64,000 nt of DNA from an uncultured beta proteobacterium (GTDB lineage: Bacteria > Pseudomonadota > Gammaproteobacteria > Burkholderiales > Casimicrobiaceae): contig CAVVRH010000015.1 in NCBI GenBank assembly GCA_963750585.1, positions 3,096 to 67,095 on the forward strand, written 5' to 3'. The position numbers and the translations under genes are program-made. Below are positions 42,120-52,071 of the stretch, piece by piece. The notes below the pieces were generated by a model, which was not told the origin of the DNA, did no database searches, and worked only from the letters and a program-made list of their open reading frames with translations. Position 1 is the stretch's first letter; every line of letters starts with the position of its first letter.

Positions 42120-42845
42120 CTACGCTGCGGCGATCCGGGTAAGCCCGAGCCAGACGCAGCGCCCCTTCGATTCCTTGTCGAGGGCCTCCAGATACTCGGC
42201 GTGCGCCGCAACTTCCTCGGCCGAGGGGGCGAGCACCGCCAGCGCCGGGCGCGGGCGTTCGGCAAGCGGCCGCGCGCGCGCGCCGGCCGCAGTGGTCGCG
42301 CGCGGTGCGATGTCGATCGTGAGCGTCTCCTGTCCGCGCGTCATCGCCAGATACACGTCTGCCAGCAGCTGCGCGTCGAGCAATGCGCCGTGCATCGTCC
42401 GCTCCGCGTTGTCCACGCCGAAGCGGTCGCAGAGCGCGTCCAGGTTGTTGCGCTTGCCCGGGAACTGCTCGCGCGCGAGCACGAGCGTATCGATCAGCCG
42501 CGCATAGCACGATGCACTGGCAGGAAGACCGGCCAGCGCGAGTTCCGCGTCGATGAATGCGACGTCGAACGGCGCATTGTGGATTACCCACTCCGCGCCC
42601 TGCGCGAATTCGAGGAACTCGATGACGATGTCGGCGAAGCGCGGCTTGTCCTTGAGGTCGTCCCAGGTCATGCCGTGGACCTCGGTCGCACCGAGATCGA
42701 CCTCACGTTCGGGATTGACGCGGCAGTGGAACGTGCGCCCCGTCGGACGGCGGTCGACGAGCTCGAGTCCGGCGATTTCGATGATGCGATGGCCCTGCTT
42801 GGGCTCGAGGCCCGTCGTTTCCGTGTCGATGACGATCTGGCGCAT
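42120..42845 (-). CDS. dnaQ: DNA polymerase III epsilon subunit
   Basis: 'DTETTG', 'HNAPFD', 'HGALLDAQLLADVYLAMT.GQ'. Confidence 0.96.
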   Translation of the reverse strand: MRQIVIDTETTGLEPKQGHRIIEIAGLELVDRRPTGRTFHCRVNPEREVDLGATEVHGMTWDDLKDKPRFADIVIEFLEFAQGAEWVIHNAPFDVAFIDAELALAGLPASASCYARLIDTLVLAREQFPGKRNNLDALCDRFGVDNAERTMHGALLDAQLLADVYLAMTRGQETLTIDIAPRATTAAGARARPLAERPRPALAVLAPSAEEVAAHAEYLEALDKESKGRCVWLGLTRIAAA

Positions 42846-43006
42846 GCAGAGTTCGGGAATCAGATGTCAGGAATCAGTCGCCGCGGCATGGATCCGCACG
42901 CATGCTGGCGGCGCCTTCGCGCACGCATTGCACCGAGTATACGAGGATCGGTCGCGAAAGCGAACGGTCTGCCCGCAGCGCGGGATGCTCTCGCTTCGAA
43001 TCGGCA

Positions 43007-43924
43007 CTACTTGCGGAATTTCTGGATCGTCGCCTGGATCTCCTCGATCGCCCGCTCGATCTCGTCGTCGGTGAGGTCGCGCTGCTGGCCCTTGCGGTCC
43101 GTCAGTGTGACGGTGCGGTCGATCGCGGTCTGGAACTCGCCCAGGTTCATCGTTTCGGTGACCGTCGTGGACGGTTCTTCCTGCGTCTCGGAGCCCCAGC
43201 GTACGATGATCGCCGAGAGGTTGTCGCCGTCGGGTCCGCCTCGCTTCTCCGCATCACGCATCATCTGCGGCGCGGTCTTGAGGATCGGCGCCGACGTCAG
43301 GTAGTTGGCCATTTCGTTCTTCGACACCACGCTCCAGAGGCCGTCCGTGCAAAGCACGAGCACGTCACCGTTGCGAAGCGGCGTGCGGCGCGACAGGTCG
43401 ATCACCGGGTCCACCAGCCCGCCAAGGCAACTGAAGATCTTGTTGCGGTCGGGATGCACGGCGACCTCGTGCGGGCCGATGATCCCCTGATCAACCAGGT
43501 ACTGGACCTTGGAATGGTCCTTGGTAGCGGCGATCAGCCCACCCTGCCGGAAAAGATAGAAGCGCGAGTCGCCGACATGCGCCCAGTAGGCGTGTCCGGC
43601 CTGAATCACCACCGCCACGCACGTCGTGCGTGGCGTCTCCAGCATCGAGAATTGATTCGCGTACGAGCCGAGCGCCGAGTGCGCGCGCAGCATCGTGTCC
43701 TGGAGGAACTTGAGCGGGTTCTTGAGGATCGGCTTCGCTTCCTGCTGGAAACGCTCGATGAACAGCCGAACGGCGATTTGCGCGGCGATCTCGCCGCCGG
43801 CATGGCCGCCCATTCCATCGGCGACGACCAACAGCAGCGTGTCGCGAGCGTAGGTGTAGGCGATGCGGTCCTGGTTGATCCGGCGCGAACCCTTGCGAGA
43901 CTCCTGGAAGATCGTGAAGCGCAT
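43007..43924 (-). CDS. PP2C-family Ser/Thr protein phosphatase
   Basis: 'NQDR', 'VADGMGGH', 'HVGDSR', 'LCTDGLW', 'DNLS'. Confidence 0.93.
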   Translation of the reverse strand: MRFTIFQESRKGSRRINQDRIAYTYARDTLLLVVADGMGGHAGGEIAAQIAVRLFIERFQQEAKPILKNPLKFLQDTMLRAHSALGSYANQFSMLETPRTTCVAVVIQAGHAYWAHVGDSRFYLFRQGGLIAATKDHSKVQYLVDQGIIGPHEVAVHPDRNKIFSCLGGLVDPVIDLSRRTPLRNGDVLVLCTDGLWSVVSKNEMANYLTSAPILKTAPQMMRDAEKRGGPDGDNLSAIIVRWGSETQEEPSTTVTETMNLGEFQTAIDRTVTLTDRKGQQRDLTDDEIERAIEEIQATIQKFRK

Positions 43925-44039
43925 CGCCGAATGCTACGACAAACGGACGTCGCGCGACCGGAGGCCGCGGCAAGTCGATGCTGCGACGGCGCAAAGGCCG
44001 CGCCCGGCGGACATGCGATGGATCGGCATGCGAAGGTGT

Positions 44040-44978
44040 TCAGGCGCCGATTTCTGAAAACAGCACGCGCTTCAGATTGCCCATGAACGACAGCTTGCGT
44101 TTCTTCGGTGCGATGTCTCGGATTGTCTTCTGCAGTGCGAACACGCTCTGCGGCCGCTCGAGCGGATCGAGGCGCAGGCACCAATCGATCACGTCGAGCA
44201 GGTTGTCGGAATATTGCCCGTTCCAGATCTTCTTCGCCGAGACGAGGTGATCCTCCTGCACGCGCGCATCGGCGGCCTGCGGCGCGAACGCTGCGAGGCA
44301 CGCGAACATGCTGGCGCCCACTCCGTAGACGTCCGTCCACGGGCCCAGGCGGTCCGGCTCGCGGTACTGTTCCGGCGCGGCGAAGCCTGGCGTGTACATC
44401 GGCGCGAGCTTCGGCCGGTTGCTCGTGAGCGTCTGCCGCGCCGCTCCGAAATCGAGCAGCACCGGCGAACCATCGGTGCGAAGGTAGATGTTCGCGGGCT
44501 TGATGTCGAGGTGCAGGAGCTTGTGGGTGTGCACCTCGCGCAGTCCGTTCAGCAGGTGCATGAACACGTGGCGAACGAAGCGCTCGGACATCTGGTCCTG
44601 CTTCATCTGGATCTGCTGCTGCAGCGTGCGCCCGCGCTCGTAGCGCATCACCATGTACACCGTCTCGTTCGCGCGGAAGAAGTTCAGCACGCGCACGACG
44701 TTCGGGTGGTTGATCTTGGCGAGCGCGCGGCCTTCCTCGAAGAAGCACTTCATCCCGTAGCGGAACGACGTCAGGTTCTCGGCGGAAGAAGCGCGGACAA
44801 TGTCGCCTTCGGTGCGTAGCACCAACGACGACGGCAGGTATTCCTTGATGGCGACCGGCAGACCCGACTCGTCGAACGCCCGGTAGACGATCGAAAAACC
44901 GCCCCGGCTGATCTGGCGATCGATCCGGTAGTTGAGCAGTTGATAACCGCTGGTGAGGGCTTGGTTGGTGACTGGCAT
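44040..44978 (-). CDS. Hanks-type Ser/Thr protein kinase (kinase domain only)
   Basis: 'GGFSIVY', 'AIKEY', 'HLDIKPAN', 'DFG', 'APEQ', 'DVYG.G'. Confidence 0.93.
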   Translation of the reverse strand: MPVTNQALTSGYQLLNYRIDRQISRGGFSIVYRAFDESGLPVAIKEYLPSSLVLRTEGDIVRASSAENLTSFRYGMKCFFEEGRALAKINHPNVVRVLNFFRANETVYMVMRYERGRTLQQQIQMKQDQMSERFVRHVFMHLLNGLREVHTHKLLHLDIKPANIYLRTDGSPVLLDFGAARQTLTSNRPKLAPMYTPGFAAPEQYREPDRLGPWTDVYGVGASMFACLAAFAPQAADARVQEDHLVSAKKIWNGQYSDNLLDVIDWCLRLDPLERPQSVFALQKTIRDIAPKKRKLSFMGNLKRVLFSEIGA

Positions 44979-45011
44979 TTCGCGTGATCGGCCCCGAACG
45001 CAACATTGCTG

Positions 45012-45026
45012 GCAATTCGCGTGCCA
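45012..45026 (-). promoter_or_regulatory. Sigma54 (-24/-12) promoter for the kinase-phosphatase genes
   Basis: - strand reads TGGCACGCGAATTGC, an exact match to TGGCACG-N4-TTGC, ~34 bp upstream of ATG 44978. Confidence 0.7.
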
Positions 45027-45134
45027 GAGCTCAGTCCCCACCCTTGCGTGAGGTGGCGATAACGCATACATTCTCCGGATGCCCGCGGCCAAAGTAAAGC
45101 CGGAAAACGTTCCAAAATCCGGCGGATTGTGCCC

Positions 45135-46001
45135 ATGATCCTCAGCATGACCGGCTTCGCGGCGGTTGCCGGCGATCTGCCCGGCGTTTCCGTCGCGGTC
45201 GAGTTGCGCTCGGTGAATCACCGTTATCTTGACCTGACCGTGCGCCTACCGGACGAGGTCCGGGTGCTCGAGTCCGCATTGCGCGAGCGGCTTGCGGCGG
45301 AACTGAAGCGGGGGAAAGTCGAGTGCCGGGTAGCGATGAACCGCGACGCCGCCGCGGCACTCGATATTGCAGTGGACGGGAAGCGGGTCGCGCGACTCGC
45401 CGCCGCAGCGGCCGACGTGCGACACAAGGTGCCGGACGCGACACCCCTTTCCGTGGCCGAGATCCTGCGCTGGCCCGGCGTGCTGGCGGAACCGGTCCTG
45501 CCGCCGGAGACCGTTGCCGCCAAGGTGCACGAATTGGTCGACGAGGCGCTGTCCGACCTTGCCGCGGCCCGCGCGCGCGAAGGCGACAAGCTCGCGCGGC
45601 TGCTGCTCGCGCGCTGCGACGATATCGAGGCGCAGGTCGCGCGAGTCCTGCCTCGCGTACCGGCGATCCATGCCGCGTATGTGGAAAAGCTCGCGGCGCG
45701 ACTGCGCGAGGCCGGCCAGGATCCCAACGAGGACCGGATCAAGCAGGAGGTGGCGCTTTTTGCCACCAAGATCGACATCGCGGAGGAAATCGCACGGCTA
45801 TCGACGCATATTGTCGAAGTGCGCCGGGTGTTGAAGGCGGGTGGCAGCGCTGGCAAGCGGCTCGATTTCCTCGCTCAGGAACTGCACCGCGAGGCGAACA
45901 CGCTCGGCTCGAAGTCGGTCGACTCCGAGCTGTCGCAGGTGGCGCTCGAGCTCAAGGTACTGATCGAGCAGATGCGCGAGCAGGTGCAGAATCTTGAATA
46001 G
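45135..46001 (+). CDS. yicC: YicC/YloC family endoribonuclease
   Basis: 'SMTGF', 'SVNHRYLD', 'GKRLDFL.QE..REANTLGSK', 'EQMREQVQN.E'. Confidence 0.94.
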   Translation: MILSMTGFAAVAGDLPGVSVAVELRSVNHRYLDLTVRLPDEVRVLESALRERLAAELKRGKVECRVAMNRDAAAALDIAVDGKRVARLAAAAADVRHKVPDATPLSVAEILRWPGVLAEPVLPPETVAAKVHELVDEALSDLAAARAREGDKLARLLLARCDDIEAQVARVLPRVPAIHAAYVEKLAARLREAGQDPNEDRIKQEVALFATKIDIAEEIARLSTHIVEVRRVLKAGGSAGKRLDFLAQELHREANTLGSKSVDSELSQVALELKVLIEQMREQVQNLE

Positions 46002-46174
46002 TGCAGGCGCGCCGCCCGGCAGGAAGCGGCCGGCGCGGGCCACCGCGCCGCGTCGGTCGACGGAACCGCCAACGTCGCTCGCGGCCGACATGCCGGGACT
46101 CGCCATGCGAATCCGCGCCACGCGGTCCATGCCGCAAGAGCCGCATCTCCGTTCCGATCCTTGAATCCGACCCC

Positions 46175-46810
46175 GTGATCGATCCCGTCGCCGGCTGCCT
46201 TTTCGTCATCGCCGCCCCCTCGGGTGGCGGCAAGACGAGCCTCGTCAATGCGCTGCTCGCGCGCGAGTCGGGCATCCGTCTCTCGGTTTCGTACACGACG
46301 CGCAAACCACGACCGGCTGAGCACGAGGGCGTTCATTACCACTTCGTCACGCCGGAGCAATTCGACGCGCTGAAGGCGACCGGCGAGTTTCTCGAACATG
46401 CGCACGTGCATGGCCACTGGTACGCGACCTCCTCGACGTGGCTGCGCGCGCAGGTGGCCGCGGGACAGGACGTGCTGCTCGAAATCGACTGGCAGGGCGC
46501 GGCACAGGTACGGCGGCTGATGCCGGATTCGGTGCAGATCTTCATCCTTCCGCCGTCGCTCGACGTGCTGAAGGAGCGGCTGGAGAAGCGCGGACAGGAT
46601 AGCCCCGCCGTGATCCGTCAGCGGCTCGCCGGCGCCCGCAAAGAGATGCGGCATTGGGCGGACTTCGACTATGTTATTATCAATCAAGACTTTGCAACGG
46701 CCGTCGACGATGTGACGGCGATCGTCCGTGCCGCCCGCCTCAAGGCGGCGCGCCAGGGCGTCCGCCATGCCCGGCTGTTCGACGAGTTGCTCGAATCCCC
46801 TGAGAATTGA
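46175..46810 (+). CDS. gmk: Guanylate kinase
   Basis: 'APSGGGKTS', 'SYTTR.PR', 'LEIDWQGA.QV', 'FILPPS'; GTG start 46175. Confidence 0.96.
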   Translation: MIDPVAGCLFVIAAPSGGGKTSLVNALLARESGIRLSVSYTTRKPRPAEHEGVHYHFVTPEQFDALKATGEFLEHAHVHGHWYATSSTWLRAQVAAGQDVLLEIDWQGAAQVRRLMPDSVQIFILPPSLDVLKERLEKRGQDSPAVIRQRLAGARKEMRHWADFDYVIINQDFATAVDDVTAIVRAARLKAARQGVRHARLFDELLESPEN

Positions 46811-46826
46811 CGACTGAGGTTCTGCC

Positions 46827-47033
46827 ATGGCCCGCATCACGATTGAAGACTGCCTCGCGCGCATCCCGAACCGTTTCGAGCTGACGCTTGCCGCGACCAA
46901 CCGCGCCCGCCAGATTTCGGCGGGCTCGACCCCTCTGCTCGACGCCGACCGCGACAAGCCCACGGTGATCGCCCTGCGTGAAATCGCAGCCGGCAAGGTT
47001 GGCGTCGAGATGCTGCTCAAGGCGCAAAGCTGA
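46827..47033 (+). CDS. rpoZ: RNA polymerase omega subunit
   Basis: '[17 protein letters not shown]...A..RARQ...[12 protein letters not shown]'. Confidence 0.97.
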   Translation: MARITIEDCLARIPNRFELTLAATNRARQISAGSTPLLDADRDKPTVIALREIAAGKVGVEMLLKAQS

Positions 47034-47070
47034 CGAGGCAACCGGGCCCGCCGGCCCGGACCGGCTCCCC

Positions 47071-49206
47071 ATGTCGGAGATCGCGGAGTTCACCCGACAC
47101 CTGGGCCATTACCTGACGCCCCCGGACGTCGCGCTCGTCGAGCGTGCGTTCGAGTTTTCCGAGACCGCGCACCGCGGTCAGTTCCGCAAGTCCGGAGAGC
47201 CGTACATCACGCACCCGCTCGCGGTCGCGAGCATCCTGTCGCAATGGCGGCTCGACGCGCACGGGCTCGCGGCCGCGCTCCTCCACGACGTGATGGAGGA
47301 CACCAAGGTCACCAAGACGGAGATCGAAAGGACCTTCGGAAAACCGGTGGCCGAGATGGTCGACGGCGTTTCCAAGCTCGACCAGATCGAGTTCGACTCG
47401 CGCGAGGAGATGCAGGCGGAGAGCTTCCGCAAGATGCTGCTGGCGATGGCGCGCGACGTGCGCGTCATCCTGATCAAGCTCGCCGATCGGCTGCACAACA
47501 TGCGCACGCTGGATGCGATGGCGCCGACACACCGGCGGCGCATCGCGCGAGAGACCGTCGACATCTACGCGCCGATCGCCAACCGCCTTGGCCTGAACGC
47601 GCTCTACCTCGAACTGCAGGACCTGTCCTTCAAGCACCTCTACCCGATGCGCTACCGCATCCTCGCCGCCGCGATCAAGGCGGCGCGTGGCAATCGGCGC
47701 GAGGTGATGAATCGGCTGCTGGAGGCGATCCGGGAGGGCCTCCACAAGGCGGGCATCCACGCTTCGGTTACGGGCCGCGAGAAGACGATCTATTCGGTCT
47801 ACAAGAAGATGCGCGAAAAGCGCTACTCGTTCTCGCAGGTGTTCGACATCTACGGCGTGCGCGTGCTCGTGCCTGAACCGACGTCGTGCTACGCGGCGCT
47901 CGGCGTCCTGCATGCGCTCTACAAGCCGATACCGGGCAAGTTCAAGGATTACATCGCGATACCGAAGGCCAACGGCTACCAGTCGCTGCACACGACGCTG
48001 TTCGGCCCGTTCGGCACGCCGCTGGAGGCGCAGGTCCGCACGCACGAGATGCACCGCATCGCCGAGGCGGGCGTGGCGGCGCACTGGCTCTACAAGACGG
48101 CGACGGGCAGCGTGGACCTGGCCGAGGCGCAGAAGCAGACGCACCGCTGGCTGCAGAGCCTGCTCGAAATCCAGTCGGAGTCGCGCGACTCGAAGGAGTT
48201 TCTCGAAAACATCAAGGGGGACCTCTTCCCGGATGAGATCTACGTCTTCACGCCCAAGGGAAAGATCATGGCCCTGCCGCGCGGCGCCACGGCGGTGGAT
48301 TTCGCCTATGGCGTGCACACCGACATCGGCCACCATTGCGTCGCGGCGCGCATCAACTACGACCTGCTGCCATTGCGCACCGAGTTGAAGAACGGCGACC
48401 ACGTCGAGATCCTCACCTCGCCCACCGCACGGCCAAATCCCTCGTGGCTGTCGTTCGTGGCGACCGGCAAGGCGCGCTCGCGGATTCGGCATTACCTGAA
48501 GGGCCTGCAGCAGAAGGAGTCGGCGGCGCTCGGCGAACGCTTGCTCAATCAGGCGCTCGCCACGCTGAAGGTCGAGCCCGATGCCATCGCATGGGATCGC
48601 TGGGAGGCGCTCGCCAAGGAATACGGCGCCAAGAGCCAGCTCGAGATCCTCGCCGACATCGGCGTCGGCAAACGATTGTCGTTCGTCGTTGCGCAGGCTC
48701 TGATGCGACTGTCCGGACGCTCCGACGACAGCGCCGGTGGCGTGCCGCCGCTCAAGCCCGGCGCGCTCACGTTGCGCGGCGTCGAAGGCGTGGCGATCCA
48801 GTACGGCAAGTGCTGTCGCCCGATTCCGGGCGATTCGATCGTCGGTCAGTTCCGCAAGGGGCAGGGACTGCTGGTGCATACGCGCGACTGCGTGACCCTC
48901 AGGAAGCAGCGCGTCGAAACCGGAGAGCTCGTCGATGTCGAGTGGGCGAGCGACGTGCAGGGCGTGTTCGACGCAGGCGTGCGGCTCCTGGCCTCGGACC
49001 GTCGGGGGCTGCTTGCCGATCTCGCCACCGCCATTGCCGACGCCGAAGGCAACATCGACGCCGTGTCGCTGGAAAAGCCCGATGGCGCCGGCGTGATCGC
49101 GATGTTCTTCGGCATTCAGGTGCGCGACCGCCGCCATTTCGCGCAGGTCCTCCGCGGCCTGCGGCGCATCGCGGACGTGCGCCGCGTCCAGCGCGCACGG
49201 ACGTGA
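47071..49206 (+). CDS. spoT: Bifunctional (p)ppGpp synthetase/hydrolase
   Basis: Intact HD 'LLHDVMED', 'KLADRLHNMRT', 'PKANGYQSLHT', TGS and ACT domains; gmk-rpoZ-spoT order. Confidence 0.96.
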   Translation: MSEIAEFTRHLGHYLTPPDVALVERAFEFSETAHRGQFRKSGEPYITHPLAVASILSQWRLDAHGLAAALLHDVMEDTKVTKTEIERTFGKPVAEMVDGVSKLDQIEFDSREEMQAESFRKMLLAMARDVRVILIKLADRLHNMRTLDAMAPTHRRRIARETVDIYAPIANRLGLNALYLELQDLSFKHLYPMRYRILAAAIKAARGNRREVMNRLLEAIREGLHKAGIHASVTGREKTIYSVYKKMREKRYSFSQVFDIYGVRVLVPEPTSCYAALGVLHALYKPIPGKFKDYIAIPKANGYQSLHTTLFGPFGTPLEAQVRTHEMHRIAEAGVAAHWLYKTATGSVDLAEAQKQTHRWLQSLLEIQSESRDSKEFLENIKGDLFPDEIYVFTPKGKIMALPRGATAVDFAYGVHTDIGHHCVAARINYDLLPLRTELKNGDHVEILTSPTARPNPSWLSFVATGKARSRIRHYLKGLQQKESAALGERLLNQALATLKVEPDAIAWDRWEALAKEYGAKSQLEILADIGVGKRLSFVVAQALMRLSGRSDDSAGGVPPLKPGALTLRGVEGVAIQYGKCCRPIPGDSIVGQFRKGQGLLVHTRDCVTLRKQRVETGELVDVEWASDVQGVFDAGVRLLASDRRGLLADLATAIADAEGNIDAVSLEKPDGAGVIAMFFGIQVRDRRHFAQVLRGLRRIADVRRVQRART

Positions 49207-49296
49207 ACCGTGGGAAGGACCTAGGTTACTCGGTGTGAGAGGCATCTCCCGGTTGCCGTGCCGCCTGACCAGGACGAAACTGTCGTTTGACTGCCG

Positions 49297-50499
49297 CTAC
49301 CACGACGGCTCGCGCTCGGGCGTGGACGTGATCTTGTGGATCGTCAGATCCGCCCCGTTGAACTCCTCTTCAGGATCGAGGCGCAGGCCGATCGTTGCGC
49401 GCAGCGCACCGTAGACGACGACGCCACCCGCCAGCGCGATCGTCACGCCGAGCAGCGTGCCGACGACCTGCGAGCCTAGCGCGACGCCGCCGATGCCACC
49501 GAGCGCCGCGCTGCCGAAGATTCCCGCGGCGAGGCCGCCCCAGGCGCCGCACAACCCGTGCAGCGGCCACACGCCGAGCACGTCGTCGATACGCCAGCGG
49601 TTCTGTGTCAGCGTGAACAGCTGCACGAACAGCGCGCCGGCAACCGTGCCAGTGGCGAGGGCGCCCACCGGATGCATGACGTCCGATCCCGCGCACACGG
49701 CGACGAGACCCGCGAGCGGACCGTTGTGGACAAAGCCCGGGTCGTTGCGCCCGAGCAGCAGAGCAGCGAGCGTCCCACCCGCCATCGCGAGCAGCGAGTT
49801 GACGGCGACCAGACCCGATATCTTCTCGATCAGTTGCGCGGACATCACGTTGAAGCCGAACCAGCCCACGGTCAGCACCCACGCGCCGAGCGCGAGAAAC
49901 GGAATCGACGACGGCGGATGCGCTGCGATGCCGCCATCCTGGGCGTACCGGCCGCGGCGCGCGCCGAGCAGCAACACCGCGACGAGCGCTATCCAGCCGC
50001 CCATCGCATGAACGACGACACTGCCCGCGAAATCGTGGAACTCTGCGCCGAACGTGCGCGCGAGCCACGGCTGGATTCCGAACCGCGCGTTCCACGCAAT
50101 GCCCTCGAAGAACGGATAGACGAACGCGACGAGAGCGAAGGTCGCGGCGAGCTGCGGATTGAACCTGGCGCGCTCGGCGATGCCACCGGAGACGATCGCC
50201 GGAATCGCTGCGGCGAACGTCAGCAGGAAGAAGAACTTGACGAGCTCGTAGCCGTTGCGTTGCGCGAGCGTTGTCGCGTCGGCGAAAAATCCGACGCCGT
50301 ACGCAACCGCGTAGCCGATGAAGAAGTACGCGAGCGTCGACACCGCGAAGTCGGCAAGGATCTTGACCAGCGCATTGACCTGGTTCTTCTTCCGTACGGT
50401 GCCGAGTTCGAGAAACGCGAACCCGGCATGCATGGCAAGCACCATGATCGCGCCCAGCAGAATGAACAGCGTGTCGCTGCCCGACTTGATTGCTTCCAA
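49297..50499 (-). CDS. amt: Ammonium transporter (Amt family)
   Basis: 'DFAGSVVVHAMGG', 'GWFGFN', 'DDVLGVWPLHG'; multi-TM; TTG start. Confidence 0.92.
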   Translation of the reverse strand: MEAIKSGSDTLFILLGAIMVLAMHAGFAFLELGTVRKKNQVNALVKILADFAVSTLAYFFIGYAVAYGVGFFADATTLAQRNGYELVKFFFLLTFAAAIPAIVSGGIAERARFNPQLAATFALVAFVYPFFEGIAWNARFGIQPWLARTFGAEFHDFAGSVVVHAMGGWIALVAVLLLGARRGRYAQDGGIAAHPPSSIPFLALGAWVLTVGWFGFNVMSAQLIEKISGLVAVNSLLAMAGGTLAALLLGRNDPGFVHNGPLAGLVAVCAGSDVMHPVGALATGTVAGALFVQLFTLTQNRWRIDDVLGVWPLHGLCGAWGGLAAGIFGSAALGGIGGVALGSQVVGTLLGVTIALAGGVVVYGALRATIGLRLDPEEEFNGADLTIHKITSTPEREPSW

Positions 50500-50548
50500 A
50501 GGCTTCTCCCCGTGGCGGTGGTTGGCTGTGGCAATGGCAAGGACTCGC

Positions 50549-50598
50549 GCGCCTCGCGTGCCAGTACTCTAAATTATTGATGCACAATCAATCCTTTG
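50549..50598 (-). promoter_or_regulatory. Candidate sigma54 promoter plus IHF site upstream of amt
   Basis: TGGCACGCGAGGCGC (GG-N10-GC) at 50563-50549; AATCAAtcctTTG at 50586-50598 matches IHF WATCAAN4TTR. Confidence 0.45.
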
Positions 50599-50691
50599 TC
50601 TGTGCACATCAGGACAGCCAAGCGCGCCCCGCCATCACGAGGCGAAACGCGGACCAAGATCGTGCGCTCGACTGCAATAGGCAAGATAAGG

Positions 50692-50716
50692 AACGGGCCG
50701 CAGTGCGGCCCGTTTT
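50692..50716. terminator. Stem-loop terminator downstream of grxD
   Basis: AACGGGCCGCA-G-TGCGGCCCGTT inverted repeat. Confidence 0.55.
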
Positions 50717-50740
50717 CGATGGGAATGCTGGTGAATCCGG

Positions 50741-51058
50741 CTAGGCGGCCTTCGGCTCCAGCATCTGCTGCAGTTCGCCCGACTGGTACATCTCGCGCAG
50801 GATATCCGCGCCCCCGACGAATTCTCCGTTCACATAGAGCTGCGGGATCGTCGGCCAGTTCGCATAGTCCTTGATCCCTTGGCGAATCTCGGGATCCTCG
50901 AGCACGTTGACCGCGAGGAAGTCCCCTACGCCACAGCGGCGCAGGATCTCGGTGGCCGTGGCCGAGAATCCGCACATCGGGAAATCCGGCGTGCCCTTCA
51001 TGTAGAGCACGACGCGGTGGCCAGTGACCTGCTGTTGAATCTTTTCCTTGACATCCAT
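50741..51058 (-). CDS. grxD: Monothiol glutaredoxin (Grx4)
   Basis: 'MKGTP.FPMCGFS', 'WPTIPQLYVNGEFVGG.DI'. Confidence 0.96.
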   Translation of the reverse strand: MDVKEKIQQQVTGHRVVLYMKGTPDFPMCGFSATATEILRRCGVGDFLAVNVLEDPEIRQGIKDYANWPTIPQLYVNGEFVGGADILREMYQSGELQQMLEPKAA

Positions 51059-51140
51059 GGGGTTACTCCGCGGTTTCGGGATTGCCGCTCATTTTACGCA
51101 ATGTGGCGCCTGCCGCGCCCGCAATCAACCGGAAGCACGA

Positions 51141-52043
51141 TCACTCCTTGACCGCGCCGGTCAGCCCCGAGACGTAATACTCGACGAAGAACGAGTAGAG
51201 GATCGCCACCGGCAGCGAGCCGAGGAGCGCACCCGCCATCAGCGAGCCCCAGTGGTAGACGTCGCCCTCGACAAGTTCGGTCACCACACCGACCGGGACC
51301 GTCTTCACTTCCGACGAGGACACGAACGTCAGTGCGTAGATGAACTCGTTCCAGGACAACGTGAATGCGAAGATGCCGGCCGAGATCAGGCCGGGTACGG
51401 CCAGCGGCAGGATTATCTTGACCAGGATCTGCAAGCGCGATGCGCCGTCGATCAGCGCGCACTCCTCGAGCTCATACGGGATCGACTTGAAATACCCCAT
51501 CAGCAGCCAGGTGCAGAACGGGATCAGGAACGTGGGATAGGTGAGGATCAGCGCCAACCGCGTGTCGAACAGGTTGAGCTTGTAGATGATCGCGGCGAGC
51601 GGGATGAACAGGATCGACGGCGGCACCAGGTAGGCGAGGAAGATGCTCATGCCGACGTAGCGCGAGCCGTGGAAGCGCAGCCGTTCGATCGCATACGCGG
51701 CGAGCACGCTGCAGAAGATCGACACGAACGTGGACACGACCGAAATGAGAATCGTGTTCCACAGCCAGTCGGGATACGCGGTCTCGAACAGCAGCTTGTT
51801 CACGTGCGCGAGGGTCGGATTGCGCACCCAGAACGGATTGCCCTCGCGCGACAACAATTCCTCGTTCGGCTTCACCGCCGTGATGACCATCCAGTAGAAC
51901 GGGAACAGCAGCACGATCAGGAACACCGCGAGCGGCAGGTAAACGGTCGCGATGCGCCGTGGCAGCGAGACCAGGTAGTTCATCCCGTGCGAGTCGGCGA
52001 CCTCGGGTGCGGCATCGCGGGCGGTGTCGGTGACGTCGCTCAT
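51141..52043 (-). CDS. Carbohydrate ABC transporter permease (MalG-like)
   Basis: EAA loop 'IPYELEECALIDGA', 'SWNEFIYAL', ends 'GAVKE'. Confidence 0.92.
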   Translation of the reverse strand: MSDVTDTARDAAPEVADSHGMNYLVSLPRRIATVYLPLAVFLIVLLFPFYWMVITAVKPNEELLSREGNPFWVRNPTLAHVNKLLFETAYPDWLWNTILISVVSTFVSIFCSVLAAYAIERLRFHGSRYVGMSIFLAYLVPPSILFIPLAAIIYKLNLFDTRLALILTYPTFLIPFCTWLLMGYFKSIPYELEECALIDGASRLQILVKIILPLAVPGLISAGIFAFTLSWNEFIYALTFVSSSEVKTVPVGVVTELVEGDVYHWGSLMAGALLGSLPVAILYSFFVEYYVSGLTGAVKE

Positions 52044-52071
52044 CGATGCCGTCCGCGACTCGGGGAGAAGT

